Assembly: GCF_023055435.1 (NCBI RefSeq)
Contig: NW_025964112.1
Coordinates: 8,804,001 to 8,868,000 of the forward strand
Reading direction: 5' to 3'
Length of the DNA: 64,000 nt
DNA from: Haliotis rufescens
Lineage: Eukaryota
The notes under the pieces are model-generated. The model did not search any database and was not told where the DNA came from. It saw only the letters and a program-made list of their open reading frames with translations. A program made the position numbers and the translations under genes. Shown piece after piece: positions 50,638-64,000 of this stretch. Numbering within the stretch: the first letter of the stretch is position 1; each line of letters starts with the position of its first letter.

Positions 50638-53600
50638 AAATATATCAAGGACAAGGCCCTTTTGGCCCACCTTAAAAGTCAAATTATAATTAAAAACCAC
50701 AAAATCCTTTCCATATTCATAAGAAATCACTGCTAAAAGCAGAGTCCATTGTACGATTCCGAGTATGTCATAAGCATGTGTTTATGATTCACTATCAAAT
50801 ACCAGGTGTTCACAAAAAGGTTGTAACGGGAAAAGGGAATGAAATCGATGTAATAGTAGCATGAAAATGGTACATGATCAAATGGTTGATAACAGGCCTT
50901 GGTTCTTTCTTACACCTGCAAGATTTGGTATCTTACTTCTGGCATGTTCATGATAATAGCTAACCATGAGTACGTTAATGACCCAAAATATGTTTGTACC
51001 GCCTTTATCTACTACATCTCCTCAGACAACGCAGCTTCCTTCTGTTCAAATAATATTATGTTTTCTGAAAACTTCCAGAATCAACAACTTCAAAAAAGTT
51101 TGCACATTTCTATAAGTTGGAGATCCTGTGGTCCAAAATTGGCCTTTATCACAATCTTCTCATTTCGTATCTGGAATTAAACACACAAAAAGATATATAT
51201 TGCCTTTATTCGAAACAGTTAGACCGAATCTACCGGTTTACCAATTGGTGCCCCACAAGGGTCGGTGCTGAGCTCTGTACGATTCATACTAGTGAGTGAG
51301 TATTGTTTTACGCCGCACTTATCAATATGCCAGCAATATCACGACAGGGAACACTAGAAATGGGCTTCACACATGTGTACCCATGTGGGGTGTTAAAACC
51401 GGGTCTTCGACGTGAGTAGCAAACGCCTTAACCACTAGGCTACACCATCCCCACTCTGGCAATACTGGGGCAGTGTGGTAGCCTTGTGGTTCAAACATCC
51501 AATCCCCACATGGGTACAGCTTGTCAAGCCAATTTCAGGTGTCTCCCTACGTGATTTTGCTGGAATGGCGAAGGACCATTCTCACTATTTATACTCAAAC
51601 AATTACTAAGTATGAAGTTTGTTGTTTATCCCCGCACTCAGCAATATTCCAGCTACATGATGGCGGTCTGTAAATAACCGAGTTAATGTCGTGCGCCAGA
51701 CAGGGTGACAACAAGTACCATATTTTAACGTCTTTTGGTATGACGCGGCCGGGGATCGAACCCCGGACCTTCCGCTCTCCGGGAGGACGCGCTACCACGG
51801 AGGCGGTATTGTATTATGAAGTACAACTGAAGTGATGTTCAAACATCAATATACTAAACATGCTATCCTAAACATCCCCTGCAACTCTATTATGCTAAAT
51901 TAAACAACATGAAAGTAACCCAAAGTGAAACTCTCACCTTTAATAAAAAGCCATGTTATTATTACACAGAGATCCCACGCTCCCATATTCACCGGGCGGG
52001 TGTGCTTTGGCATCTAATAGTTCCCCACCTTGCTAGTGTTTGCAAAGACGCCTCACATCGAGACACGTGCATACCAACAACGTCTATTTACACGGGTTGC
52101 CAGTATACCGATACGAAACGACTTTATAATTATTATATGACGTTATATTTGAACGAATAGGGTGCGACGAGAACGATTGATTTCCATGCACGACAGAGTG
52201 TTTCTAGGCCGTTTACTTCTGTGTACACAGTACACAACCTCAGAAGATGGTCGAGAAGATGCAGTTATTGGTCTCAATCCACCATTTGTATCATTACCAT
52301 GGTAACTACAATTCAAGGCGTAGCCTATAGTGTCAGCCGATCAATTGTTGTGTAAATATGCGTCGTGTCAGTGGTGATCATGTACCGCTTTGAAAAAATA
52401 GAGCATTTGCTTGCCTTTTGCTATTCTCGGCGTTCAATCAATGGTCGTATTGGAAAGTTCACTTTCTTGTGTCTACTTTCCTTTCTCCGCCATTTTGTAA
52501 AGCGAAAGTTAAATGACGGATGAAAACAAACTCGTTACTTTCGAAAAACGCATCGTTAATGTTCTTTCTTACGTATTTGATAATGCGTTTCTCAGAAAGG
52601 TAAATAGCTCTTGACTATTATGAGTACGAGTCAGCGTATTTGGAAAGCGTGAACATAAAAAAAAGTAAACCAGTGTTAACTCAATCTATATAATACACCG
52701 TCATGTTGAACACGTATCTGTTGTAAGGACTCATCGATGTTTTACTTGATAGACAATTTCGACATTAGTTCTGGCTGGGAAAATAGTCTGAAGTTGGCAC
52801 ATACACGTGCTTCAAATGTCACACGTGAATGTGTAGATGTCTAAATAAATGTTCTTAGAATATTAAACACATATGAAAAGATTAAAATAGGACTGGTGCT
52901 CTGGACGTAAAAAGTACAGGGTGGCAATTAGTGCAGTTATCTAGAATCCTGTTCAACTAAAAGAGCCTAGGGCTATATCTTTAAACATCGACTAACGACA
53001 GCTTTGTGAGTCACGTCCGAGACGCATTATCTAATGCCGCTATTCTCTGTCATGCATATTTCACACCGAGGTATGGTGCTGAGTTTGAGATATAGTGGTC
53101 GGATTGAAATGTGTGACTTAATTATATATAAATTGTGCGTATTTATCCTATGGTGATGATAATACTATTCATTTCGTTGGCAGCATTCTATATACTGTTT
53201 CCAATATAAATTCACACATGTGGGATAGGAATCCTTATTATCCATTGGGTTTTAGAAATAACCGAGTTAATAAAAATCGTTCACAAGTGCAAATATCACT
53301 TCACGCGCACCTTTGTATTGTATGCGTCATCCCGACGGCATTGTTGACGCCATTCGAATCCTGTTGTTACGTCATGTCGGAATGACGTCACACTAGAAAC
53401 GACGTCATAACTGAACATTGTTGACGTCGTTCGACAAATATGATTTTCTAAGTTGGTCGTGATCAGTGCATGTTTCTGAAGGGGAGCTAAAAAGGATGAA
53501 GAAATAATGGGTAATAAAAGAAATTATAACACTCGCATGTGTGTCATACTGATTTTATTTTTTAGGACATGGTAACCATAACTTACAGTAATATCCTTTA

Positions 53601-56600
53601 GCATCCGTAATATATGACATTTGTTTTCATCTCCAGGAGAAGCAACAAGGGCGTTAGTCGTTATCCGAGAATCGAGTAGTGATAAGTTTATATTTACTGT
53701 AAAGCATAATTGTTAACAAACAAACTAACTATGCCTGTCAACCCCGTTCGTCTCTCCCCATCTCGTCACATTGTTGTTTCCTTTCGATACAGTTCCTTTT
53801 GTCAGCACTAGTTTACCTACCTTTTACGACCAGTGGAATCTGTCTCGGGGGAAAGTCGTTATTCTCTGGCGTTGATGTCATATATTTCTATGTGCCATTT
53901 GAAAGATATGTGACCATGTGAATGGCAGTTTGTGCTCCTCATCTTTGCAAGAATCGATATAATTTATAGTGAAGGGACAAATAATCATCATCACTAGACT
54001 TTTTTGTATGAGAAACAACAGCGAACTACATGAACTATTTCTATAGGAGAGTGTATAGGAAGGTAGGCTGATCATCAGATAATGACTACAATAAGTTGAA
54101 AATATACGACGACAGTAATGTGTACTTAAGTGACTGGCCTTAGAGGTTTAGGGGAACACCTTGTCTCGGCCACATTCAACACTGACAAGCTGGATGTTAT
54201 TTTTACACCGCTGTTATACACCATCATTCATTTGGCCAACAATGAAAACTTTCGCTCATTAGATACGTATTGAAATACTTTCGCTGTAAGAAACATTTGT
54301 TGCATTAGCGGGGACTAGTTTAGTAATGCGCGTCAGTCAGCCACCAGATCCCCATTTTGGAGCGAATGTTATTAAACGCCAAAATCAACAATATTTCAGC
54401 TATTTTATGTTGGCCTGTTGGTAATTAATAGCAATATTATGAGCAAAGACCAACGCCATCGGAGTACAAAGACACGAAATAAACCAATGCACCGAGCCAG
54501 ATCACCAGATGCATTTTAGTCGCCTCGAGCGACAAGCATAGGTTACTGGTGACCTATTCAACCTCAGTTTCCCTTGGGAAGTCTGTTCTTGCGATAAGTT
54601 TGTTTGTTTTTGTTTGTTTGTTAACGCCGCATTTAACGATATTCCAGCTATATGACGGCGGTCTGTAAACAATCGTGTCTGGACCAAACAATCCAGTGAT
54701 TGACATCATGGCATCAATCTACGCAATTGGGATACGATGACCTGCATCAACCAAAGCAGCGAACCTGACTTCCCGATCCCGTGAGTCGCCTCTTACGACA
54801 TGCAGAGTCGCCTTTTAGGGTAAGCATGGGTTGCCGAAGACCTATTCTACCCAGGATCTTTAAGGATCTCATGCGATAAGTATGGGATACTGATTACTTA
54901 TCGTCCCTATATACATGATTAGTTTAAAGGCTCCGTGCGGAGTGTTCATCAAACAAGCGTACACCATGTTCTTGACTGGTATTGTGAATGTTATGCGATG
55001 TAGGAATCACAAAACATTGATGGAGAAGGAAACAGTTTATTAAGAATAGCACGCATACATGCGTGAACGGTTCATAACAAGCGACGTGCTGCAACACAAC
55101 AGAAAACATCTTAGGGTCTATCTAAAAAACATTGCGGCCGCGTAAACAACAAACAAACAAACAAAATTGGTTTCAGTGGAGAAGAAAATGTAAACTGAAG
55201 AAGAACGGATGGACGACGGACAACGTGACACGAATAAGCCAACTTAAATCTTCGATTTACGTGATTTTAAAAGTTTGAAAACATTATTTGAGGCATTAGT
55301 TCACACAAAGGAGATATTCTGCAAGTGCTCTTTAACCTGAACAAACAAGATACTACCTATCAAATGAATGGTGACCGTTTAAGGGTTTTGTACATGAAGA
55401 ATGTACCTTCATTTTCAGGACAGTGTATGTTATCAACAAATGTATCTTCACCACAACACTATACAGGTAACATCATAACATATTTGGAAGAACACAAACA
55501 TAAGATAAAACTATACAGCTCAATATTTAACTCAACTTTTCCTTAGAGAAAATTGTGGCCATGATTCAGTAGACAGAACATTTCGCAAATTGCATACATG
55601 TAATATTGTCTCTGGGATGCGTCATGTAAAACACTAGCTCCTTTCTATCATATATTAACGTAATCTTCCAGTAATACCCCCTCACCCCCTTGACAAGTAC
55701 TCCTGAACTATTTGATTCCATTCCTGAAGCCGTAACATGCATTTAAAAGTATTCGGTATGTTATATGGAAAAGATATATTTCACACCAATCATTTAGTAT
55801 GAATATACTAATATTTAATCAGGAATATCACCGGTTTGTCTAAGTACGTACGACAGTAATACGACACGGTCACTCTTATTTTCCTTTTCGTAAATTATGA
55901 CAAGTCAATGAATATTATATGAACTTTGTACCCTGATATGTATACCCTCTAGATAAAAGCAATAAAAATCCATTGTACGACTCCGACTACATCAAAAGTA
56001 ATCGTTTATGAATCACTATCAGAGAGTGATGACACCAGGTGTTCGCGAAATGTCTGCCGTAACCAGCCCCACCGGTGTCACTTGTCACAAACGCAAGCCA
56101 GTTAATTATTCACCTGAAAGAGATACACGGGAACTACACATGTCTAACATAATAAACGTTTTGAAAGCTTTGATTTGACCTTGTCAAAAGCTATGTCATC
56201 TGACTATAATACATAATCAATATGATTATCAAGATATTAGAAGATGTATTTACTAATTTGCTCGAAAGGCACGCTGTTTCCCAATGCAACCTTCCTTCTT
56301 TGATGGATTTTATGTACATACGGGATGGCATTAATGACAGTAACCATTAAACGATGACATTCGATGGGAATGAGAAGTGTTGTTAGCATGCAAATAGCAT
56401 ATCACATATGTGACAATGAAGCAGTGCATAATTGCAATTATTGGCACATGCTCAGCGCTCATCCACTTAGTCTTGCCAGATCTGATATATATTGTACATT
56501 AAAGGGAGTCCTAGCCATGTTTGAAAATAGCTATTTAAAACCATGACAAGTATTACCCTAATAACACACATATTCAGACCTATTTTCACACATGTCGTTA

Positions 56601-57750
56601 AAAGAATATACTCATGCGATGTATATCAAACGCAGGTACCCAAATGTAAAACGTGAGTGGTGTAATCTCATTTATGATAGCCCACGCACAGTACCAACCA
56701 TACAGTATAGGTTAGGGAGCATCCATTTCATGTCTTGGGGGGTGGGGGTTTGAAGAGGTTTTCTTATTGAAAAGTTGGTTCAGACCCCCACTGCCACCCA
56801 ATACCATCCAAATGTATGTTCCTTTAGAAAAGCACATGTGGTGATATAGTTGTCCAAAATTCAATTCCCACATGCCCCTGAAGTGTCAAATAAATACCAC
56901 AAAAGATAACTATACACCATCCATTGTAACGAAATTGTAAAAAGAATGAACTAACTACGTGCATATGGTTCATTATGACGTCTGACTGTGTCGGGATTGT
57001 ATTTATATAAATGGCCTAGGGATAGTGTGTGTGGATCACATCGCCATCATACAAAAGGATTAAACTAAATACAAAAGATTACTACTAGAAATAATTAATC
57101 GTGCTCCTCAAATTAAAGTGACGTACATAACACAATAAGGTATCAGTTAGTTGCCATGGATTCGAAATAGAAATACATTACAATTCTAGTTCAATATGAT
57201 ATGTATTTACGAAAATAGTCTTTTTGGTCGGCGAGTTAGTAGTTAAAAATGCTTACATTGATTTAATGGAAGGGTGTTTTGTATTTTTCAGTAACTAGTT
57301 TAGAAGGCTTCGATCAATTCCTAACATGGCCGTAGACTACATTACGATGCATTTGGCCAACTATTACATGAACAGTAAATAGTAAATATAATTGTCGACA
57401 CTATTTTGCCTTATCTCCAAATGGAATATGTTACGGTGCAGAAGATGGTCGAGACTGATTGTTCTCTGCCGTTGACGTAATATATTTATATAGTTTTGTG
57501 TAACTATTTTAATGTTTCCAATCAATCAAACATGTCAAAGAGCGGGTGGGAAAATAAATTGAAACTTCTTCATTTTTTTTATTGTGGATTTCGGCTCCGG
57601 TTGGTGGAATTCGTTAATAAAAAATATATAAATATTGCTTTGGCTTGGTATTACTTCAAGGTATCAAGTCGAGACTGGAAAAGGGCACAGGGCCTAGGTC
57701 CCTCTTTGTGATGCGGCACATGGGTGTTGTGGATTGGATCTGGAAGTGTT

Positions 57751-60700
57751 TCATCGCATCTTTGGTTTGTGCAGAAGCCTGAATGTGAGGAACACGCAGA
57801 GTGCCACAAGCGCCACCACAAGACCTCCCAGACAGAGAACGGTGGGGAGGAATTCAAACGGCAATCTACACGAACTGCTTTCACTGACTTGGGAAACCGT
57901 GGTGCCTGAAACAAGCGCTGTAAGTTAAGAAAAGAAGACACTACAAGGACGATACAAGTACTCTTGATTCCGAAGTTTGAGGTGTTACCTTCTTGATGCC
58001 AATACGCATTAATACCAATCTAGCCTGGTCGGTCTTGAAAAGTGGTTAGTTGTGTAGCCAGGTGGAAGCTACATCGATCTTTTGAGCCACAGTCCACTTA
58101 TCAATAAATGGATATAATCACAATCTCTTTTGCCTTTTAGTACAATTTGTGTTCCTGGCTGCTCTGGACAAAGGTACTTCAATATTTTAAAAGCGTATAC
58201 CGTACACGGTATTGATGAAGGAGTGCGGAATTGCTACTTTTTGTACTACTAGTCTTCGCTTACTTGATTCATTTGTCTGACCGCTAGAGGCGTTGGTTTC
58301 TGGGATGTAGATATTGAACGTTGACTGAACAGTGGTCTCCTCGTTAGATGACTGACGTTTGCGTCGACTGGTGCACTTGCGCTGAGGACAAAACCGTAAG
58401 AACGCGTATTTGATACACGAGCATGATACAATCGAGCATCCTCTTTCTACCAAGATTTCAAAGAGCTATACGACACTTGCATTGCTCAGGAGTTGTTTGA
58501 TCAAGGTTACAACATTCAAGGGTTCAATAAAGCTTTCAAAATGTGTTATGGTTGACATGTGGAGGACATTTCCAAATTTGACGCATGAGTGACAAAAATG
58601 ATGTCGCATACAATTCACAATTTTGACTTGTATCATATGTCCCCGTGTTTTTCGGGGTAATGATGACTTGCCTTTGCATGTGTTTGTGACGGGTGAATCC
58701 GATGGGACAAGATACGCACACCTTTTCGCGTACACCTGGTATCACCATTATTTGATAGTGATTCATAAACACATGATCGTGATATAGTCGGAATCGTACC
58801 ATCGACTCTGCTTTATGCAGAAATTTCTATTGGATATGGAAAGGGTTTTGTCCCTTTATTTGTTAAGTCATATTGGTCATACCTCAACAGAAAGGGGGCC
58901 CGAAGAAAACTGAATCATATTTTCTCACTATTGCCAGTAAAGAACTATTGTCGGGTTTTACCACGTCACAATCTCCAGCGTTGACACACACTCGCAGGTT
59001 GACTTCCACGGTCAGACGGAAACTGTTGACAAACTTGAAGGCCCAGAAGCAGAACCTGATGATGCGCTTGTTGGTTTGCGGGTAGAAGGGCAAATTGACC
59101 AGCACAGCGATAGAGTCACTAGCTTGGCAACTGTAATAAATAATCAATTATTGTAACTTATTGCTTTCAATGAGAAGCTGAATGGCAGTTCAATAACAAC
59201 CAGTATCTGTCTTGTCTAGGTTGATACTCCTGGACAATTACTTGGTATTATTCTCTTTCATCTTACACAATGTTTTAAATAAATTACACTGTAACGTTAA
59301 CAGTAACATTAATATTTTCAAATTTCATTTGACCTTGTAGAGACGTGCCCTTTGCTTATTGTGAATATGGTCCTGATTTATTTAAAACAGGACATGTATG
59401 TTTTTTTCTTATTAAAGGTAGCTCGAAATCTACACCCGTACTTCCTCTAATAAACGCCAAATATTCAATACACGCTGGGTAAAAACAAATTTTGGAAATG
59501 AGACTGAGTATAGTAAATAAAGCGAAAAAAAATTTCAATATCTCTGTCAAAAGAAGAATCGGTTGTACGATCCTGACTATATCATTAGCATGTGCTTATG
59601 AATCACTATCAAAAACTCTAAGTGAACATCCATTCACATGCATTGCCATCATGAGTGAGAAACGTAAGTTGCGTCAACGAAATTAATATTCTCTAGAAGG
59701 GTTAGAATCATATTATACATTCCTATGCAAATACACACCCCTGCGTGTACACCGGCCATGACATGGGCGTAGCGGGAAGAGAGTTGTTGAACGTAATGTC
59801 CAGAATCTCCAGACCACCAAACTCTGTAACACAGGTTTTAGATTTAATCGTCACGTACTAGCTAAGACAACATTCAAGAATACATGCATAGATATCGTTT
59901 TCGAGCGAATGTATACCAGAATGCTTACTCGGGTTTTGTAAACTAAGCATGGCATTCCGAGTAGCCTGTATTATGATTCTTGGTTTGACAACGCTTGGGT
60001 TTCACGGAGTTGGTAAACGTATGCTTGCGTTACTCTTCGCCAACGTGGTTGGTTGTGGTTAAGCTTTAGGGCGACGTGGAAAAATAAACTACGGTTATAA
60101 CGAACTCAAAGGGACCACTAATTTCAGTTCGTAATAAACGTAGTTTGTTATAAGCATATATACAGCATAAATACATTAAATGGCCGGGACTAAAAAATAA
60201 GTTCGTTGTATCCGTCAGTTCGTTATAAGCGTGTTCGTTATAAACGTAGTTTACTGTACTATCAATAAATGTGTATTGTGAAAGCACTTGTACCTGGTGG
60301 AACATCGAGTGTGACGCAGACCTTTTTGGACAGACGGATCGGGGACGTTGATACCACCGGTGATCCATCTATGTCGGCAGCCAGTGACACTGGGGAGAAC
60401 GTGTTGGTCGCATTTACCTTGGTGAACGGGTCCCTGTGAGGACATTGATGACGGTGTACTCAATAAGCAATAGTTAAAGCAAATACAGACGGAGCATACA
60501 CCGATAGATCATATAATTGTTGTCTTGTGTATTTGCTGTTTACCGAGCACTCGATATTCAAGTTACATGAAATAGATAGTCGAGTTTGGACCAGAATCCA
60601 GTAATTGATGATGAACATCGGTCCATAGCGGCAGGATACGATGACATACGAACAAGTCACAGAACCTGACCACCCCATCCATTCAGGCAGCTATTGCATA

Positions 60701-63100
60701 TGTTGCTACATTGGTAACCAGCTCGTGGTATTCCGGGACAAGCCGTATAGCGACTCGTGCCCCTCTCGTGGCCATTCTTACGACTGGGTTCCGTCTAAGC
60801 GCAAACAGGCATAGCTGAAAGAATTGTCAACTCGTTGCGTAATGATTCAAGTATATTTTCCCCCATATATCATACATATTCCAGATGCTATTTAAACACA
60901 TCAGGACTTATGGTATTATACAGCATGATTGAACACATTTTACTGTATCTCGGGTATATTTTTAGAAGCAAGACATTTGTAAAATAAAAAATGATTCCTC
61001 ATGGATTCTTTAACCGAAGTACTTAAAGTCATACGCGCATTCTGATTGGTTTGTCGTAATTTCGCATATAACGTTCATCGCTAGGGGGTCAAAGCTTCTT
61101 GTAGGTTACGGAAAGGGGCGAGTGGTGACGAATGATGTTGTTGGAGATGAATTCTTACGGGGGTTGCTTGGGGTTTCATTGTTTAGAGCGGACAAAACCA
61201 TTGCACAGTGATCGTGTGGATTTGTGGAACTTGGGACATACACTTACTTATAGACAAAGATAGCATTCTAGAAATATACATTGATAAACGAAGAGATCAA
61301 TTGAACTTACAGATTCGAGTTAATGGTCACCGCCTCAACACTGACCAGGAGGTTGTTCTTGTTAAACCTGCATATGACAGTGACCACTTGGTCCAGCCCG
61401 GTGTTGATTGCCGTGTTGTACTGGATCATAAACTCTCGCGTGTATCGGATATCAGCACTCTGCAACCAAACACATCACATATTATACTAAATGTATAGCG
61501 TTGTGTAGCATTGGATTCGTGTACTATTCTGCTTTTTACGCCCAATGGATACTCGAGACCGATCGTTCAATGGCGTTGGCGATTTATATATACTACTACT
61601 ACACTGTTTGATAATCACCATGTCAAATAACAAACACTTAATTCAAACTCTACTATGACTGTTTGTTATTGTTTGTTGTTTAATGCCGCACTCAGTAATA
61701 TTCCAGCTATATGAGGGCGGTCTGTTAATAATCGAGTCTGGACCAGACAATCCAGCGATTTATATCATGAGCATCAATCAACGCTATTGGTATACGATGA
61801 CATGCATCAACCATGTCAGCGAGCCTGACCATCCGATCCTGTAAGTCGCCTCGTACGACAAGCATGGGATTCTGAAGAGCTATTCTATCCCGGCTCTTCA
61901 CGGGTCCACTATCACTGAAAAAGTGAGTTTGGTTTAACGCCGTTTTTAACAGTATTTCGGGAGGATCATGACGTGTCAGGGTACTGTGGTGGGATACTCC
62001 ACTATGAATCATCATGACTACACTATTAGTTGAGGAAATGTATTAGAATCGGGTGAATGTAGTCAGTGAATGTAGCGCAACCTTTATGTTACGGTTGGGA
62101 ACACCAGAAAGGGGCGGCACCTAGTGTACCAAATTGGAGAATCGAACCAAGGCCTTCGGCGAGACGAGCGAACACTTTAACTACTAGGCTTCCCCACATT
62201 CAGCTTTGTCAAGTTTGTCTTTGTCTGGCATCGTACCCCGATTTCTGTTGCAACAGACTTTACAAGTCCTCATTATATACCTGCACTATCCCCAAGGTTT
62301 TATTTGATACGAAAACGTCTTACCCCTTCCTGGGGCGAGATCACTCCACACGCAGCACTTGAATGGGTTACGTTTACAAAGAAACCCTTGAGATCATCGT
62401 CGATGTCGTCTCCCGGTTGTGGTGGGTCGGGAACCCTGGCTGCCACACAATCACTTTCGTCCATCTTATCCATGACATATATTGCCCCTTGAAAGTCTCC
62501 GTGTGGCTTTGCATAGAACACCATGCTGTCCTTCGTACATTCAGCTTTCACTGGTTAAAATGCCATTTAGCATTAAGAGGCAATAGCTACTTCAGAAATA
62601 GCATATTCACGAAATATAGAAATATGACAGTTCTAACACAACGAACAGCAAGTACGTAATTCAGATTTTCTGATTTGTAAATTTACATTCTCAAGTTTGT
62701 TTGTTTGTTTGTTTGTCGAGGAATTTGACACTTGTAACGCTACCTCAATCATATTAAAAGAAATCGCACAGTGCACATTTTGCTGATGGACATCTTAGAC
62801 ATTTTAACATTGAAAATTTATATATATTTTCTGTTTTCGGCACACATTTACATCATTTCAAACAATTTCGGTGTGCTTTTTTGCCCTTCAGTTTACACCG
62901 TGACTATAAATACATAAAGTATATACACCCTTCCAATGTATTCTCCTCGTGGCATATAAAACTATACTTACAGTAGGTGTGTTCGCAGTTGTCTCCATAG
63001 TAACCAGGAAAACAAGCACATGAGGTTAAACCGCCATTCTCCTGACATTCTCCATTGCTGTTACAGCTGTTCTGACGGCAAGCACTGTCAGTCTTCCATT
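57751..63100 (-). CDS. EGF-like + ZP (zona pellucida) domain type-I membrane protein, 5'-partial (molluscan EGF-ZP / EGF-like domain-containing protein type)
   Basis: Exons 63100-62972 (EGF: CRQNSCNSNGECQENGGLTSCACFPGYYGDNC), 62550-62324 and 61459-61311 (ZP-N with 4 Cys: KAECTKDSM..., YTREFMIQYNTAINTGLDQVVTVICRF), 60433-60294, 59823-59739, 59130-58962 (ZP-C: GC...FWAFKF...RVCVNAGDC), 58381-58264 (furin site RRKR, then an EHP-like TFNIYIP), 57905-57751 (TM segment FLPTVLCLGGLVVALVALCVFLTF, basic tail, TGA). All phases consistent, about 390 aa visible. Confidence 0.9.
60085..60258. mobile_element. pogo/Tigger-type MITE in ZP gene intron
   Basis: Terminal inverted repeats TAAACTACGGTTATAACGAAC ... 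GTTCGTTATAAACGTAGTTTACTG followed by TA. Confidence 0.7.
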
Positions 63101-63252
63101 CTAAGTGAATATTTTACACACTGAACATTTCAAAATGCATGTGAGATCGAGTATAATGTTTTCGATATACTTACTTGAGCTATTCACATTGAAGCAACAT
63201 TGCTGAGTATATGAAAGGACGTCAACCTGTCATTGTCGCCACACATATAAAT

Positions 63253-63404
63253 AGAGGTTATCATGCGAGTGTGTTTGGGGATGGTAAATATCCTGCATTA
63301 GGAATAAACATTGTATTTAGCGAGCCTTGGCGAGCTAAATACATAGTGTTTATTCCTAATACAGGATATTTACCATCCCCAAACACACAAGCCTGATAAC
63401 CTCT
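63253..63404. repeat. ~150-bp near-perfect palindrome (foldback non-autonomous DNA element)
   Basis: Arms AGAGGTTATCA...TGTATTTAGC and GCTAAATACA...TGATAACCTCT around a short GAGCCTTGGCGA loop. Confidence 0.8.
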
Positions 63405-64000
63405 TTATCATATACTGTCATTCTTTTAATTCTGTGCTTTAAAATCGCTTTCCCTCTCTCACAAACATTACCGAAACATTGCGAGTTTTCCTGGAATGCG
63501 CGCATTAATATTTTTTACGTCACAGGGTCAGTGATGTGTCAGTCGGACAGTGACAGTAGCCAATATAGTTCCAACTGAAATCTGTTTCTTATACAGTGGC
63601 GAAGCAACATATACGCAAAACAACAGTTGTTTTTAATTGCCTTCGCGGTAATCCATCGGTCTGTCCGCTAGAGTAACTACCCTTTGTCAAAGGGAAGCTA
63701 CTCTAACCCTAGTCTATAAGACGTCACGGCCACGGTCAGACGTTGTTGACAGTCGGTTTGTCCTGTCATGACGTTTAGAAGTGTAGTCAGATGTACACAC
63801 AGCGACAAAACGAAACAAGGTAACAATTCAAACATATTTCGGCCAAATCCAACTATTTTAATTTGTGGAGAAGGTTTCAAGCTGCAGAGGTCTACAAGCA
63901 CAGATATAGCTACTGATCCTGCTTGGCTAGGCCTCGATCGTGCCCTCGCAAAGCTGTTTCGAAATTTATATCTCCAAAGTTGCCAAAACTTATAAAATGC

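Noticed and set aside
49200-57700. Short ORFs in the interval between B2 and the ZP gene
   Set aside because: No recognisable domains or consistent splice chains; mostly SINE and other repeat fragments.

Overview
Eukaryotic, AT-rich, SINE-dense genomic DNA with three N gaps. The SINE types suggest a gastropod mollusc, most likely abalone (Haliotis); this is an inference. Most ORFs in the supplied track are noise, because the real genes are spliced and were rebuilt by hand from GT-AG sites and intron phases. The window holds (1) a cluster of an uncharacterised cysteine-rich family built from a two-exon, six-Cys module in which every module exon carries exactly 3 Cys. It has two secreted 395-aa paralogs on + (A1 2199-11012, A2 17404-25324), a convergent, longer, probably GPI-anchored paralog on - (B2, 12 exons, 26023-46603, first exon not securely found) and a 5'-truncated copy of B (B1 11710-13804). 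A1/B1 and A2/B2 lie in a ~15-kb tandem duplication whose junction is a SINE/LINE break near 14870. Between A1 and A2 the N-terminal domain shows 41 amino-acid replacements against 2 purely synonymous codon changes, and exon 4 is far more diverged than its flanking intron, a strong sign of diversifying selection on a recognition surface. (2) An EGF + ZP-domain transmembrane gene on - (57751-63100, 5' end probably outside the window). (3) LINE, Penelope-like, Tc1 and MITE remnants, three SINE families and several minisatellites, one of which multiplies a splice acceptor.
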